Positions 52,001 through 62,500 of a DNA stretch of 64,000 nt are shown piece after piece. The notes under the pieces were generated by a model. The model saw only the letters and a program-made list of their open reading frames with translations. It made no database searches and was not told where the DNA came from. Position 1 is the first letter of the stretch. The number at the start of each line of letters is the position of its first letter. Source of the stretch: Asterias rubens (lineage: Eukaryota); the NCBI RefSeq assembly GCF_902459465.1, contig NC_047063.1, positions 16,554,001 to 16,618,000 on the forward strand, written 5' to 3'. The translations under genes and the position numbers were made by a program.

Positions 52001-55000
52001 CTAGCCCAGCAAGCGACGCGCTAACGGAACTTACAATTATTGGTGTATTGAAAGACTCACCGTTTGTTGTCGGCGGCACGACTGCCCCATGCACCGTCAC
52101 TGCCGTTGGTGGAACCGTAACCGTCGATGGAGGTACCCCATCCGCCATGACATTCCCTCCACAAGCTGGTGTCGTCGACGGGGCCGTCGTCGTGGGCGGC
52201 GGTGGTGCCGAAGCAGCGGCATTGGAAGCCGATGTTGGCAAAACACCAGCCGCGGGAGTAGCGGTTGTCCTGGTGGCCGATGAGCGGGTAGCAGGCCGTC
52301 CCCTTCGGCGCTTAGTCGCGGCTGTCTCCGTAACTGCTGCAGGGGCAGCTGGCCGCTTACTCGAACGAGGCATAATCAAGATGAGTGTCCGAAAGGGTCC
52401 ACCAAAACAAGGACACAGTAATATACGCCAAAAAACTCCAGCAAGAACACCGAGTCCAAACAATGAGCAAACCGAAACGGAGCAAGGAACAAATTGCTGA
52501 TAACAAGAAAACTAATTCTAAAAGTTCGACAAAAGTATGACCACACGGTACAAGCGTTTAAAATGCTGAAAAGCAAGAACACTAGAAATTCGAAAATTGA
52601 TGACTGAAAAATTGTCAACTCAACTCAAAGGCTGCTCAGACAAAAGTGATCAAGCCAGCACAGACCGGCTATCAAGGAATGCAAGGCACCGTCCAAGGGG
52701 GTCAATTGGCCGAAAGGCGAGGCAATAAACCAAATGCCCGGTCCAGACTGGTGACAGATTGAGCACACAGGTCCCGCGACAAGCCCGCCTGACTGTCTAG
52801 CGGTAATAAAATATTTGAAGCACAAAGTTTTGGCCTCAAATTGATTATAGTGTGATTTAACGTTTTTATTTTTTGATTAACACTTTATTGCTCTGCGCAT
52901 TTGAATAAATTTTTATTAGAGTTTGCCCTCATTTTGTATTGCTATTATTTTGTTATTTAACAAAATATTGACGTTGTTTGTCATTGTGTATATATCAGTA
53001 GGGTAATTTTCGATATTGTGTTTTTAAACATGTGCGGCTGAATTGTTTTCACCTATGATTTTGCGTACATTCTACATGTCACATAGTTTAATAGTTGTGG
53101 ATCGGTAGAGCTGGGGTAAAGTCGTATAGTGTTCAATTTTTGGGGAAATCAACCAAAAATGCACATAAAATAACGAGCATGTGAATATGTAGGTTTAAAC
53201 CTTTGTGTGAGTCATGACGAAAAAAAAAAAAAACGTCCTGAAAATTGTTATTGGTTTCACTTTGTTGTTTTCCTTCTACTTCACTACTCGGCAAAGTCCC
53301 ACGATGGGATATCACGCCAAGACTACCTTTAAATGCTACCACTACCTTCCTCGTTGTATCTTTCTGACTATAACACTTTTTTGTTTTGTATTACAAAAAC
53401 ATTTACGAATCTTTTGGCCAATGAAAATGGCTTTTACAAAACATTTAAATAATTTCTGTATTTGTTGTTATTCTGGTCAACATCACAGCTCTTTTTTTAT
53501 TGTGAGTACCAAAGGTCAATCTGAGGTGCTGCTTCAAGAAAACTGGATACCCTGCTAAGCTTAAACCCTTTAGGGGTGCGTTCAATAAGCTTCCCTGGGT
53601 CGAGCCCGGTGTGCCCCGGTACTTCCAAAAAGCTGGGGGCTGGCCCCAGGTGCAATGACGTCACTACGAGAGGTTGATTGATCGTTTGATTATGGAGGTA
53701 GTTTACATCCATGGTTCGATTAGCCATCAGTTTGGTTGCATTGAGTGAATAGAAAAACAGAAGTAGCTCCCAAAAAGTTTAAATGTGCATACTAATTATT
53801 TTTATTGAGGCAACCTCTTCCATTGGTAACAGTTACTTCTGTGGCAGCCCGTGTCTGTGTACTTGGTACTGAACCAGATGAATCTGCAGGCGGCAGGGTA
53901 CGGTTCGTTCTACCACCGGGCGATCCTTGCTCCTGCACTCAAGTCATGCTGGGCGGACACAACGCTTATGCACCGCCTAGGAAGGACCAACCCGTCTACA
54001 TCGACACTCTACCAGAGGACGCTGAAGATCTCCGTAGATCACAAGGATGTCCAAATGAAAACGCTCAAAGTGAAGACCCAAAGAAAACTTCAACGTCACT
54101 AGGTAAGATTGTAATCCTGGATAACATAATAACTATACGGGATGGAGCTCTGAGAGTGGAATCCGACATGTTGAGATGGTGATATCATCATCCTGCAGTT
54201 AATTATCTCAGGATTCCAAGCAAAGCTGGTATAATAATACCATGCATTTATATAGCGCTTAATACAGGGTTTGTAGGCGCTGAAACGAAAAATAACAAAA
54301 TACACTTATAATGTTTATATAAAGACCCCAAAAATGCACGACAACAACAAAATGACAATTTTAAGAGGGATGCAATAGCTGAAACTAAACAAGCTTACTT
54401 GGATTTTAATAAGGTTGTCTTGAAAGCCGCCTTAAATGAGTCCAGTGTAGTTGAGGCACGGATGTGGACGGGGAGGTTGTTCAAGAGCATGGGTGTGGCA
54501 ATTGGTTTCTGAGCTCCGTGTCAAACATCTGTTTGATACGTTTATTTATTTGTTTATTTATTTCCAGGCAAACAGTACATACAAATAATAAGCAATATAA
54601 ATATTACTTCTCAGAGAAAAAGCCTGCGGATAACCAAAAAGCGAAAATAATCACTATCTAAAGGCGACCCAGACAATAAAAATAACGAAGGCACAGAAGG
54701 GTACAATGACAAAAACGTCATAATTTCTTATGGAAAATAGCACATAAAATAATTCCATATCAATTATATATATATAAAATCTATAGAAAATTAATTGAAA
54801 TTCCCCCAAAAAGCCTGGCACAAAATTTTGTATAAAAAATGGATTAAAGAGGGAAGGCCCCTACATCCTCGCTCCCTTCGAAAAGGTAGGATGCCAAACA
54901 TTACATTACTGTAAACATACCAATCATTTTCTCATGTACTCTTATCTAAATAGACGAAACATCCGAGAAACTTGTTACAAGTGACGCTCCAATCGTGTCT

Positions 55001-57923
55001 ACAGACTATGAGAATAGTCATGATCAAGGCACGAGCACCAGCAACGATGTAAGCACGCAAGGAGATCACCTGAACCGTCAGTCAACTACAACTGGTAAGA
55101 ATGTAATCCGGGTTTAAGAGAGGAAAAACACTTCGACAAGATCAATAGCAATGGTTTATGTTGTCCCCACTCATCGATGATGCAGTTTTAAAGATACATT
55201 TTATTTCAAAGATCATTTAATTGTAATTGTGAGGATGTGCTGTTAATTTGACAAAGACCATGCAGTCTACTTGGTGTATCCCAACACATGCATAAAATAA
55301 CAACTCTGTGAAAATTATGACTCAATTTGGTCATCGAAGTTGCAAGAGAATAATGAAAGAAAAAACACAAATGTTCCACAAATTTGTGTGTTTTCAGATG
55401 CCTCACTAAAGGCTTAACTTTATTGAAGTATTTTATTATTTGAGTGAGAAATTAACTCTTTCTCAAAAACTACGTTACTTCACAGGGAGTCGTTTCTCAC
55501 AATGTTGTTTTCATTTTGAACAGCTCTCCATTGCTTATCTTGCGCTGCTCTTGTCTGCTGAGCTCAGGAAAACATCTGAAGATAATGTGCATCCACGTCA
55601 CATATCAAACAAAGTGGTTTTTAAACTTCTATTTTGCTGATCATGATAAATGAAAAGTGCTAAAGGGATGTTTTTCATTAAAAAAAATCATTTTTGTAAA
55701 GTTCTGTTCACCTTTAAAATTATAGACGAGACATTAGAGATATCTATTTCTAGTGAAGTTCAAGTCGTGTATACAGACTGCCAGCAAGCTCTTAGTAATG
55801 GCCAGAGAACCAGCGGCGTGTATACCATCGATAAGGAGGGACTATTCAACGTGTACTGTGATATGGTGGAAAATACGACGGGATACATTGTAAGTGCCTC
55901 TTGATTCCACCATTATTTATTAATTTACACATCTTATTGTTGAGCATCTTCACTCTTGACCACTCGTGTATGAATTGACCGAACTGTTAGAAATATCCGT
56001 TTTTTTACAGACTCCGTAAAGTGAATTATTTAAATTTCGCCATTATTTTACGGATTTCTGTAAATGCAAATATTAATTATACTACTAATCTGCTTAAAGG
56101 CAGGTGACACTATCGGTAATTGTCAGAGACTAGCCTTCACAGTTGGTGTGTCTCAACAATATGCATAAAATAACCAATCTGTGAAAATTTGAGCTCAATC
56201 GGTAATCGAACTTGCGAGATAAAAATGAATAAAAAAAAAACCTTGTCACACGAAGTTGTGTGCATTTAGATGTTTGATTTCGTGACCTCACTAACAACTA
56301 AATCTGAGGTCTCGAAATCAAATTTGTGGAAAATTACTTCTTTCTCGAAAACTATGGCACTTCAGAGGGAGACGTTTCTCACAATACCATCAACCTCTCC
56401 CCATTACTCGTCACCAAGAAAGGATTTATGCTAATAATTATTTTGAGTAATTACCATTTAGAACTTGAGGTCTAGAAATCAACCATCTAAACGTACACAA
56501 CTTCGTGTGACAAGGGTGTTTTCTTCTTTCATTATTATCTCGCAACTTTGATGACCGATTGAGCTCAAATTTTCACAGGTTTGTTTTTTTATGCATATGT
56601 TGAGATACACCAACTGTGAAGACTAGGCTTTGGCAATTACCAATAGTGTCCACTGCCTTTAACAATGGGTTAATTCTTTACACTTTTCTAGGTGATTCAA
56701 AGGCGCAACGACGGCTCCGTAAACTTCAACCGAAGCTGGGCCGACTACGAGAAGGGTTTCGGAAATCTAAATGGGGAATTCTGGTTAGGAAACGACAAGA
56801 TTCACAAGCTAACATTCGATGGACTGCCCTGGGATCTTATAGTCACTCTGACTGCATTCGATGGCACTGTCGCCGTGGCTCGATACAGTGATTTCAAGAT
56901 CAAAGAGTTGAAGGACATGTATGAGATTGACATTGGCTTTGATGGTGGTAACGCTGGTAAGCCATAACATCCGAAACGGCATTGCAATGATTTGGTGAAA
57001 GAGCATACAGGGCAATTTCATGATGACGTAATCTGACGGAAAGAGCCAATTACAGCGGCAGGAAAAACAAATATTGCAATGTCGTTTGGAAAATCAAAAC
57101 AAATTCACGGCCGAGGAGTGGGGGCACAATGTGCCCTCACCATATTTTTGCCCGAAACTTTAACGATGTATTTGATCGGCACCAATTAATGTTCTTAGAG
57201 TCACGTTGTAAAACAAACATCAAATGATATCGAGTATCAGCTGTTACTATGACGACTGTTTCCTTTTAACTCAGATCAACGAATTGTTTCCTCAGGGCCA
57301 ATACGGATCGGGTTTTATAAGTCTCTTCCTGATAGCTAAGGTTTTCCCTTGAGTAATTTTCTTGAGGTTTCCTCCTACATCTAAGACTGAAACTTCATTC
57401 GTTGTCTTTTTGGCCAGTGATTAAATCAATTTCCAAAAAGTCGCTGGCTTTCTTCCAAAATACTTGAAACAAAAGTTTGATCCAATGTAGGTCTAATGTT
57501 GAAGTCTTCTCATAGGTTTGTACCGAAATCACTTTATTTATTAATCATGGTTCATTTGTATCTGCAAAAATACATGTCTATAGCTATGAAAGATGTTACT
57601 CACAGTGACCCAGTGATGTTTCTCGTTCAGATTTCGTGTAACATGACTTCTGTTCATTGTTTTTCTTTGAAGGTGACAGTTTTGATTCCAAACGTTTCTC
57701 GGCGTTTGACAGCGACAACGACGACGACTCCAAGAATTGTGCCAAAACATTGGGTGCCGGTTGGTGGTTTTCTCAATGTAATGGAATAACGAGTAATCTG
57801 AATGGTGTATACTATAACACATCTAGGAGGTTCAGTGGCAAAGGGTACAATGGTATATACTGGTCAACATGGATGGAAGAAAACCTTAAAGCAACCAAAA
57901 TGAAGATAAGACAACTTAATTGA
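46018..57923 (+). CDS. Secreted fibrinogen-related domain (FReD) protein, ficolin/angiopoietin/MFAP4-like, about 380 aa, 6 coding exons
   Basis: Exons 46018-46069 (signal peptide MRANMVWIATAAICLAA, phase-1 donor GTATGT), 53833-54102, 54954-55094 (S/T-rich linker), 55726-55889 (DCQQ...SGVYTI...VYCDM), 56692-56956 (VIQRRNDGSVNFNRSWADYEKGFGNLNGEFWLGN), 57673-57923 (FSAFDSDND...NCA...GWWFSQC...SNLNGVY). All phases join. Confidence 0.88.
46127..46834. repeat. Ngaro terminal repeat B2 (about 708 bp), direct copy of 47345-48052
   Basis: Sequences match at an offset of 1218 bp. Confidence 0.95.
47087..47348. repeat. Ngaro internal repeat A2 (262 bp), direct copy of terminal A1 at 52587-52848
   Basis: Sequences match at an offset of 5500 bp. 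Confidence 0.95.
48117..48662 (-). CDS. SGNH/GDSL hydrolase (esterase) ORF carried by the Ngaro element
   Basis: Blocks VWVIGDSF (I), GRRG (II), IHVGSNDLG (III) and DGIHLS (V); sits 3' of the YR as known for deuterostome Ngaro elements. No in-frame ATG upstream of block I. Confidence 0.85.
   Translation of the reverse strand: MVWVIGDSFVHWASRIAVRDATLIPGLKVQWFGRRGLHIEQFGDFLQYTWSRENSNPDAIIIHVGSNDLGKVPKKCMLHDIHRLLSGTRELLPHAIIFWSEILPRVAYTGAIKQNKVERARRAINRNVGGLLRSSPGGLINHPQIVWSNRDLFIHDGIHLSDTACHFLISNFNDALRTLFP
48807..49739 (-). pseudogene. Ngaro tyrosine recombinase with premature in-frame TAA at 48878-48876
   Basis: YR motifs FGFLRVGEF and SHSFRIGAAT are present. After the TAA the same frame continues AMGRWKSNAYSRYIR (catalytic Tyr at 48839-48837) to a stop at 48809-48807. 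Confidence 0.88.
49721..51703 (-). CDS. Ngaro reverse transcriptase/RNase H ORF (660 aa), overlapping gag
   Basis: RT motifs FRLIHNLS, ADIKSAFR, MPMGCSIS and HYLDDF; RNase H motifs LFTDAS, FLELFP, CDNEAVV and NSIADALSR; uninterrupted. Confidence 0.95.
   Translation of the reverse strand: MLTLFDQRHFVVLALAGVTTTSISGLGRLVCHLVHGLPLMRSFGSCWLVRRGSPKMFVPSGVEAHFGSKTTVPVVSGPAGQRNGSLDLAPVTITTVASVFVQPVVTPTNAQSAPPSVTQPVIAEVLAPAGLQLAQTPILLSKMRPFLQSYLNTHDAQVLFQGFSVGFRLGYTGPRTASAARNLVSVRGNLPIVRQKIDRELQLGRVAGPFSTPPLPNLRCSPIGLVPKQAPGEFRLIHNLSSPLGNSVNDHIDPSAASVHYASFDDAVAMVTSLGPEALMAKADIKSAFRLLPVHPIDFDLLGFTIEGLYYFDKCMPMGCSISCATFERFSTFLEYSARKVSASQCIMHYLDDFLFAGKQNTQECLRVMQSFRVVAKEFGVPLAEEKSEGPTTKLSFLGLDIDTVAQEIQVPPGKIVALQAKLSNVISKKKVTLRELQSVLGSLNFVCKAVRPGRAFLRRLFDLTRGVSIPHHRIRISSGAREDLLAWQQFLSRFNGTVVFPSAVWSSSSSLHLFTDASAELGFGAFFDGSWSQGRWPCSIKASKLSIAFLELFPVTLALRLWGQHLQGKRVIFWCDNEAVVAIINRQTSHCAKIMKLVRFLVLRCLELDIHFKARHVPGVDNSIADALSRFQMDRFRRLAPGADPVMTPLPGNLWSAFS
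51279..52373 (-). CDS. Ngaro gag-like ORF with C-terminal CCCH/CCHC zinc fingers
   Basis: Likely start MPRSSKRP at 52373 (track ORF starts 52463). Contains LQEKIWKGEFVEFGSLL, ITSIEQWTSAFLIF, WRDYDVNFR and CHDYNRGQCFRPACRYTHKCAICSSVGHPASNC. Confidence 0.85.
   Translation of the reverse strand: MPRSSKRPAAPAAVTETAATKRRRGRPATRSSATRTTATPAAGVLPTSASNAAASAPPPPTTTAPSTTPACGGNVMADGVPPSTVTVPPTAVTVHGAVVPPTTNGESFNTPIIVSSVSASLAGLDSAPLHSVCDDIGATVPLALQEKIWKGEFVEFGSLLRPARHSENDCVFMVGTHESPAWQLRPHKQTQRITSIEQWTSAFLIFASIFLQRHPGQARHLLKYADIVRSAAFRRTGFGWRDYDVNFRLRQARVPSRSWATIDAELWLMLVGAPGQPQNVRSFGSRGSFRQQDHSPSSFGSRRATQREPGSSTCHDYNRGQCFRPACRYTHKCAICSSVGHPASNCRGSRTRGPAVSANPNSAQ
56094..56662. mobile_element. Rearranged (fold-back) Kolobok/T2-type MITE, 569 bp
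   Basis: A near-full forward copy runs to 56455, then an inverted half copy runs from the central hairpin back to the left TIR. Confidence 0.8.
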
Positions 57924-58793
57924 TAAATTGTAACATTCGAACCAGTTTTACTTAAAGGGGCACGTTTTGCCTTTGGTTTTGGGCACTAACGCATGTAATG
58001 AAATGAATATGGCTGAACAAATATATTTTAAAACCAGAATAATTATACCGATTCGCATATAAATCCTTGAATTTGAGCAATTTTGAAGTAAGTTTACGAC
58101 AGAACACGGTACGCTATTTTGTTTTATTCCACAAAATGGCGGACTGTGTGTTTTGCTGGTTGTACGTTCAGAAGCGAATTATTGTGATTACACATCACTG
58201 TTTATTAACTACAACTGTATGTAATTTTGTGCATTGCCAACTCTTAAAAATGTGTAATTAATTGGGTTTGTTAAAGAGATTCTGAGGCAGTGTGCCCCTC
58301 AAGAGGAGGTTAGATATAAAGACAAGAAAATACTAAGTTGTATGCAAGTTATAAAGTTATAAGAAACAACTGTCTGCTTTTGAGAAGATTGTGTCAGATC
58401 GTTTGCGGATGCCTGTGAATGTATATTTGACAATTTCATATTGTGTTTAGAGGTTTAAATGCACCAAAGTACTTCAACAACAATTCACAGATTCATTTGG
58501 GCCAATACATTTTTTATGTATGTATTATTAGTTTTTTTCTTGTCTTTTTTCCTACTCCCTTTATTGAAACACATTTATTTTGTTTGTGTGTGGGGGGGGG
58601 GGGTGCCAACATGACCAAAGTGGCTGCACATGGATTGCTGAATTCTCACCCATAAGTGCACACGACTGCGCTATCCCTCAGTAACAGGTTTTGATAGCGC
58701 GTATGGGTGTAGTAACTGGGTGAGAGCGCAGAAAAAACAATGTACGACCACAGGCCTGCTTCGAGCATGACGTCACAGCAACTTTAAGTAGGC

Positions 58794-58974
58794 AATAGAC
58801 CTTGATCACGGTGTGGTCATCTGGATTTTACTCCATTCCAACTCATTGTAACCAAACTGAGGCTGGAAGAAGTAATAGTCTGGTGCCATGCGCAATGAAT
58901 GTTAGCACTCATTAGTACTGTTATTGGAAACGGGGAACATGACCAAGATGGTGACAGCGTGATAACGGTCTATT
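58794..58974. mobile_element. AATAGACC-type MITE; diverged copy at about 3695-3850
   Basis: TIR AATAGACC...GGTCTATT; internal sequence shared with 3695-3850. Confidence 0.7.
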
Positions 58975-59342
58975 GTAGATTGCTGAAGCTTTTTTTGAAT
59001 TTATGTGGTTTGACGTTGCTGTCATTGCCTCCTTATCACACTAATAATGTAATAAGATTGCATAATATGTAAATATAGCGGCCTGCGCACGCATAATCTA
59101 AATTCGCGTTTGGAGTTTATCACCCAGTGAGCGTTTTATTCATTTTCATTTTGGCATCAATGAGATGCAAAATTTGTAATCGGTTTTTAATTATTCTCTC
59201 GAGACCCAGATGGCCTATTGATCTCAAACTTCCACAGGTTTTTGATTTTATGTATAATATGGTGAATTACATAAAGTGCTAACACTGCCAGCAACTGTTT
59301 TGCTAGCAAAAACAAAAAAAACAATTCTGTAAAGTTCCTTTA

Positions 59343-59522
59343 AGGGAGGTTTCGTACTGGAACGGATACGCACACGCATACGGTTAGCTATCTGTAACCT
59401 AAGTATGTGTAGCAAGCATGATTATCAGTGTCGTCTGCACGTAGAGCGGATAGCGAGTAGCGTATGGCGTCATAATGATGACGTATCCGTCGCACGTATC
59501 CGCTCGTATGCGAAACCTCCCT
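59343..59522. mobile_element. MITE with AGGGAGGTTTCG TIR
   Basis: AGGGAGGTTTCG / CGAAACCTCCCT ends. Confidence 0.65.
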
Positions 59523-62500
59523 ATTATCAAGAAATGTGCACGAACGCGGTAAATTCAGCTATATCCACGGTTACTGAAAATTCGCTTTCAAGTTATAAAT
59601 TTATTAACATTAAGTAATACTTTTCATATAGGCCTACTCATTTGAAAACTATATCGTGATCATTTGGGTTTTCACTTTAGCCACCCAAATGGATAAACAA
59701 TCATTTTTTTACACAATCGGTTAGTTTGTTTTCAAATTTTGAGATTGTTGTAATTTTTGACAGATTCCGACTTTTTTTAAATTCTTGTGGATTCAGTGAT
59801 TATGATTTGTCGTAGTTTTAATTTTGGGGTTTTATTTTAGTGCGAAACGCTCAGAGGCCTTTGGGCATTGGGCATTGGGCATATTTAAGTGGTTTGTTAC
59901 ATGCACAAAAGCTTGAATGTCTGCGTCCCATCATAAAATTAATGTAGCCCGCATCCTAAATGTAGCTCAAGACCACAGTTTGCCAGAGCAAAGTAGCCCA
60001 AACCTTACAAGGCTGTATCCGAGACTTAAAATGTATTTCTAAACAGACATAATAACCGGCTCCAAAATGTCGCCCGTGACCTAAAAGTAGCCCGATAACT
60101 TAATAACGACCTGCCTAAAATTCATTTAACACAAGGCCTAAAAGCAGACGACACTAAATATTGCACCAAAATGCTCCGACCATGTAGCACAAAGATATTT
60201 AGATACATGTGTATATTGCCTTTAAATATTCCTTATCTTTGCCTTCTTATTGTGATAAAAATTAAGATTTTCGGATTGTACATTATTTCACTAAAAGTAG
60301 AGAATAGTAAGTTTAGTTTTACCCTATACATTGACGTATGATTGGCACTGCGTCAGTGCCCCCATCCCCACCCCGACCTGTGGGGAAACTACAATACTTG
60401 TCTTAACCAATAGACCCTCGTTCGAACTTCCCCGTCAATGAGAGAGTGTTCGAATCCAGTCCATATCAACGGGTATCATCAACAATTTGATGGATAATTT
60501 AATAATCACTGCAACGGGAATAACAAATACAGTTTGGGGTAAAATAAACAACATCTGTGATTAATATTGTTGACCTTTGTAGGTCTTTTTTCTTGTTAAA
60601 ATTAATTAAAGTTATTATGAACGACAATCCTGATGGCTTTGAGGTTGCCTTTGCTGTCAATTGTTGTTTCATCCTTAGTTAATTTCAGTCTGTACTTTAC
60701 TGTGTATGCTGACCTTAGGGTTGTCTAATTACTTGGCCTTAAATATTTACAAGCCCCGTTATACAGCCTTGTCGCCCATCACTATGATTTTATAGAAGAC
60801 AAAAGTGAATGGATATTACGTGCAAAATTTTTAAAAAGGAAACAAAACTTAAAACCACCACCCTATGCCCACTTTATCTTAGTTGGTCCATCCCTGTTTT
60901 TCACCTCTTTGGACCCTTGTTCGAATCCCACCTCTGACCTCGGAACGAAGCTATGCATCTTGCGGACTGGGGTTTAACCCCCCCCCCCCCCATTACTTCC
61001 AAGACAAAAATAAACAATAGTGTTGGGCTGAGTTTGTACAGAATGTAATTATTACTGTACGCCTATTTATAATTTAGATTACAAAGCGAATATGACAATC
61101 TACACTGAACCAATGTGAATGTACCATACAGTAACCATTACAGAATGTACTAAATTTAGTTACTAAGTAATGGCTCTCTTCTTTCCGCTTCATTTACTCA
61201 AGTTACTCAGCAGTAAATGATTAAATAATTTATCATCTATCCTGACGTCCACTTTATCGTTCATTTCATGGTCACTGGTGATCACGGAAGATGGCCATAC
61301 ACCATGCTCTAAATTAGTTTTGTTTTTGGTAACGTAGGTTACTTAGTCTTATCATTTCAACGCGGACGTTTGGGCAGCAACATCATCTACAGAATCGGTG
61401 AGTTCATAATTTCTGTAATAATTTCACAAGCACTTTCAAAAGAGAGAAATCGTCAACAACAATAATGCATCCATAACCGTTGACTGTTTCCATCTTATTA
61501 AACTGGTTATGTGACGTCACTTTTTTATGAAAGGGTATTTTTACGAATCTACACTCAACTGTATTAGATGAGTTGAAGAGTTGATGGGGAATGCGAGATT
61601 GCGACTGACTCTGCATGCAGTATTATGAGAGCTTTGCTGATGCCTTGGTTCTTCTCTGTTGTTTTCTTGTTTAGATCGGTCACCCAAATGAACGAGGATA
61701 TAGTAGTTGAGCATTGACAATAATTTAAACTGTAATCTTACTAATCGAGGATTAATGTTGAAAAATCGAATTCATTGAAACTATAAGATAAACAATGGCT
61801 TGGGGAAAATAGTTTAAGTCGGAGAACAGACTGTGAGGTTTATAATCGTTACTATTGTGTATTCGTCTATACGATTTGGGAAGTTAAGTCAGAGAATAGA
61901 CCCTAAAGTGTAGATTCGTGACACTTTGTATAGGCCTACTCACCTTCGGCTCTCACATTCTATCCACGAATCTACACTTTATCGTCTAGTCAGTCTCTAT
62001 GTATTGCAAACGTCACATTAATACAAAACCGTATGTTTTGTTCCATGTTGCTTGCTTAAATACTGACCACCAACTTAGACGAAATTTTCCAATTGAATAT
62101 GAATTTTTGTTGCTTGTTCCTTTAAACGAATAAAAACAAAATTCTGAAAAAACAGTACAGCTTTCACATCTAGTGAACCAATGAACGTGGGTTGATAAAG
62201 TCAGCGCCAAAACTAGGGTATAGAGCGCGCCATTTGTTCAGCGTAACTTTCCGTTTGCGCTTAATATTTATGTTTCGGAGTGCAAACACAAACACATTGC
62301 CAAGCGCTTTAAATGCAAAGCATTTTTTTTAACTGTTCAGCTGTTTTAATCCGATATATAAGTGTAGATGTTTACAATTATACTCATGAAAGCATCATTT
62401 CATTTTATTTACCAAAAAAGTAACGTTCGTTTCGCAGAAATCTTTCGCCACGATAGTGATTGCTATTGCAAATTTGCTAACACTAACCAAAATGATATAA

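Larger units (their letters stand above)
46127..52848 (-). mobile_element. Full-length Ngaro-type (DIRS order) tyrosine-recombinase retrotransposon with split direct repeats
   Basis: Element-sense order: A1 (52848-52587), gag, RT/RH, YR, SGNH, B1 (48052-47345), A2 (47348-47087), spacer, B2 (46834-46127). Repeat copies look identical by eye. TTAT occurs at both ends and at the internal B1/A2 junction. Confidence 0.93.

Noticed and set aside
51958-52500. 180-aa plus-strand ORF and other plus-strand ORFs across 48474-52283
   Set aside because: Antisense shadows of the GC-rich Ngaro ORFs.
61170-61310. Minus-strand frame HGVWPSSVITSDHEMNDKVDV... and ORF 61404-61616
   Set aside because: No pyrimidine-rich acceptor, no recognisable homology and no linked exons.
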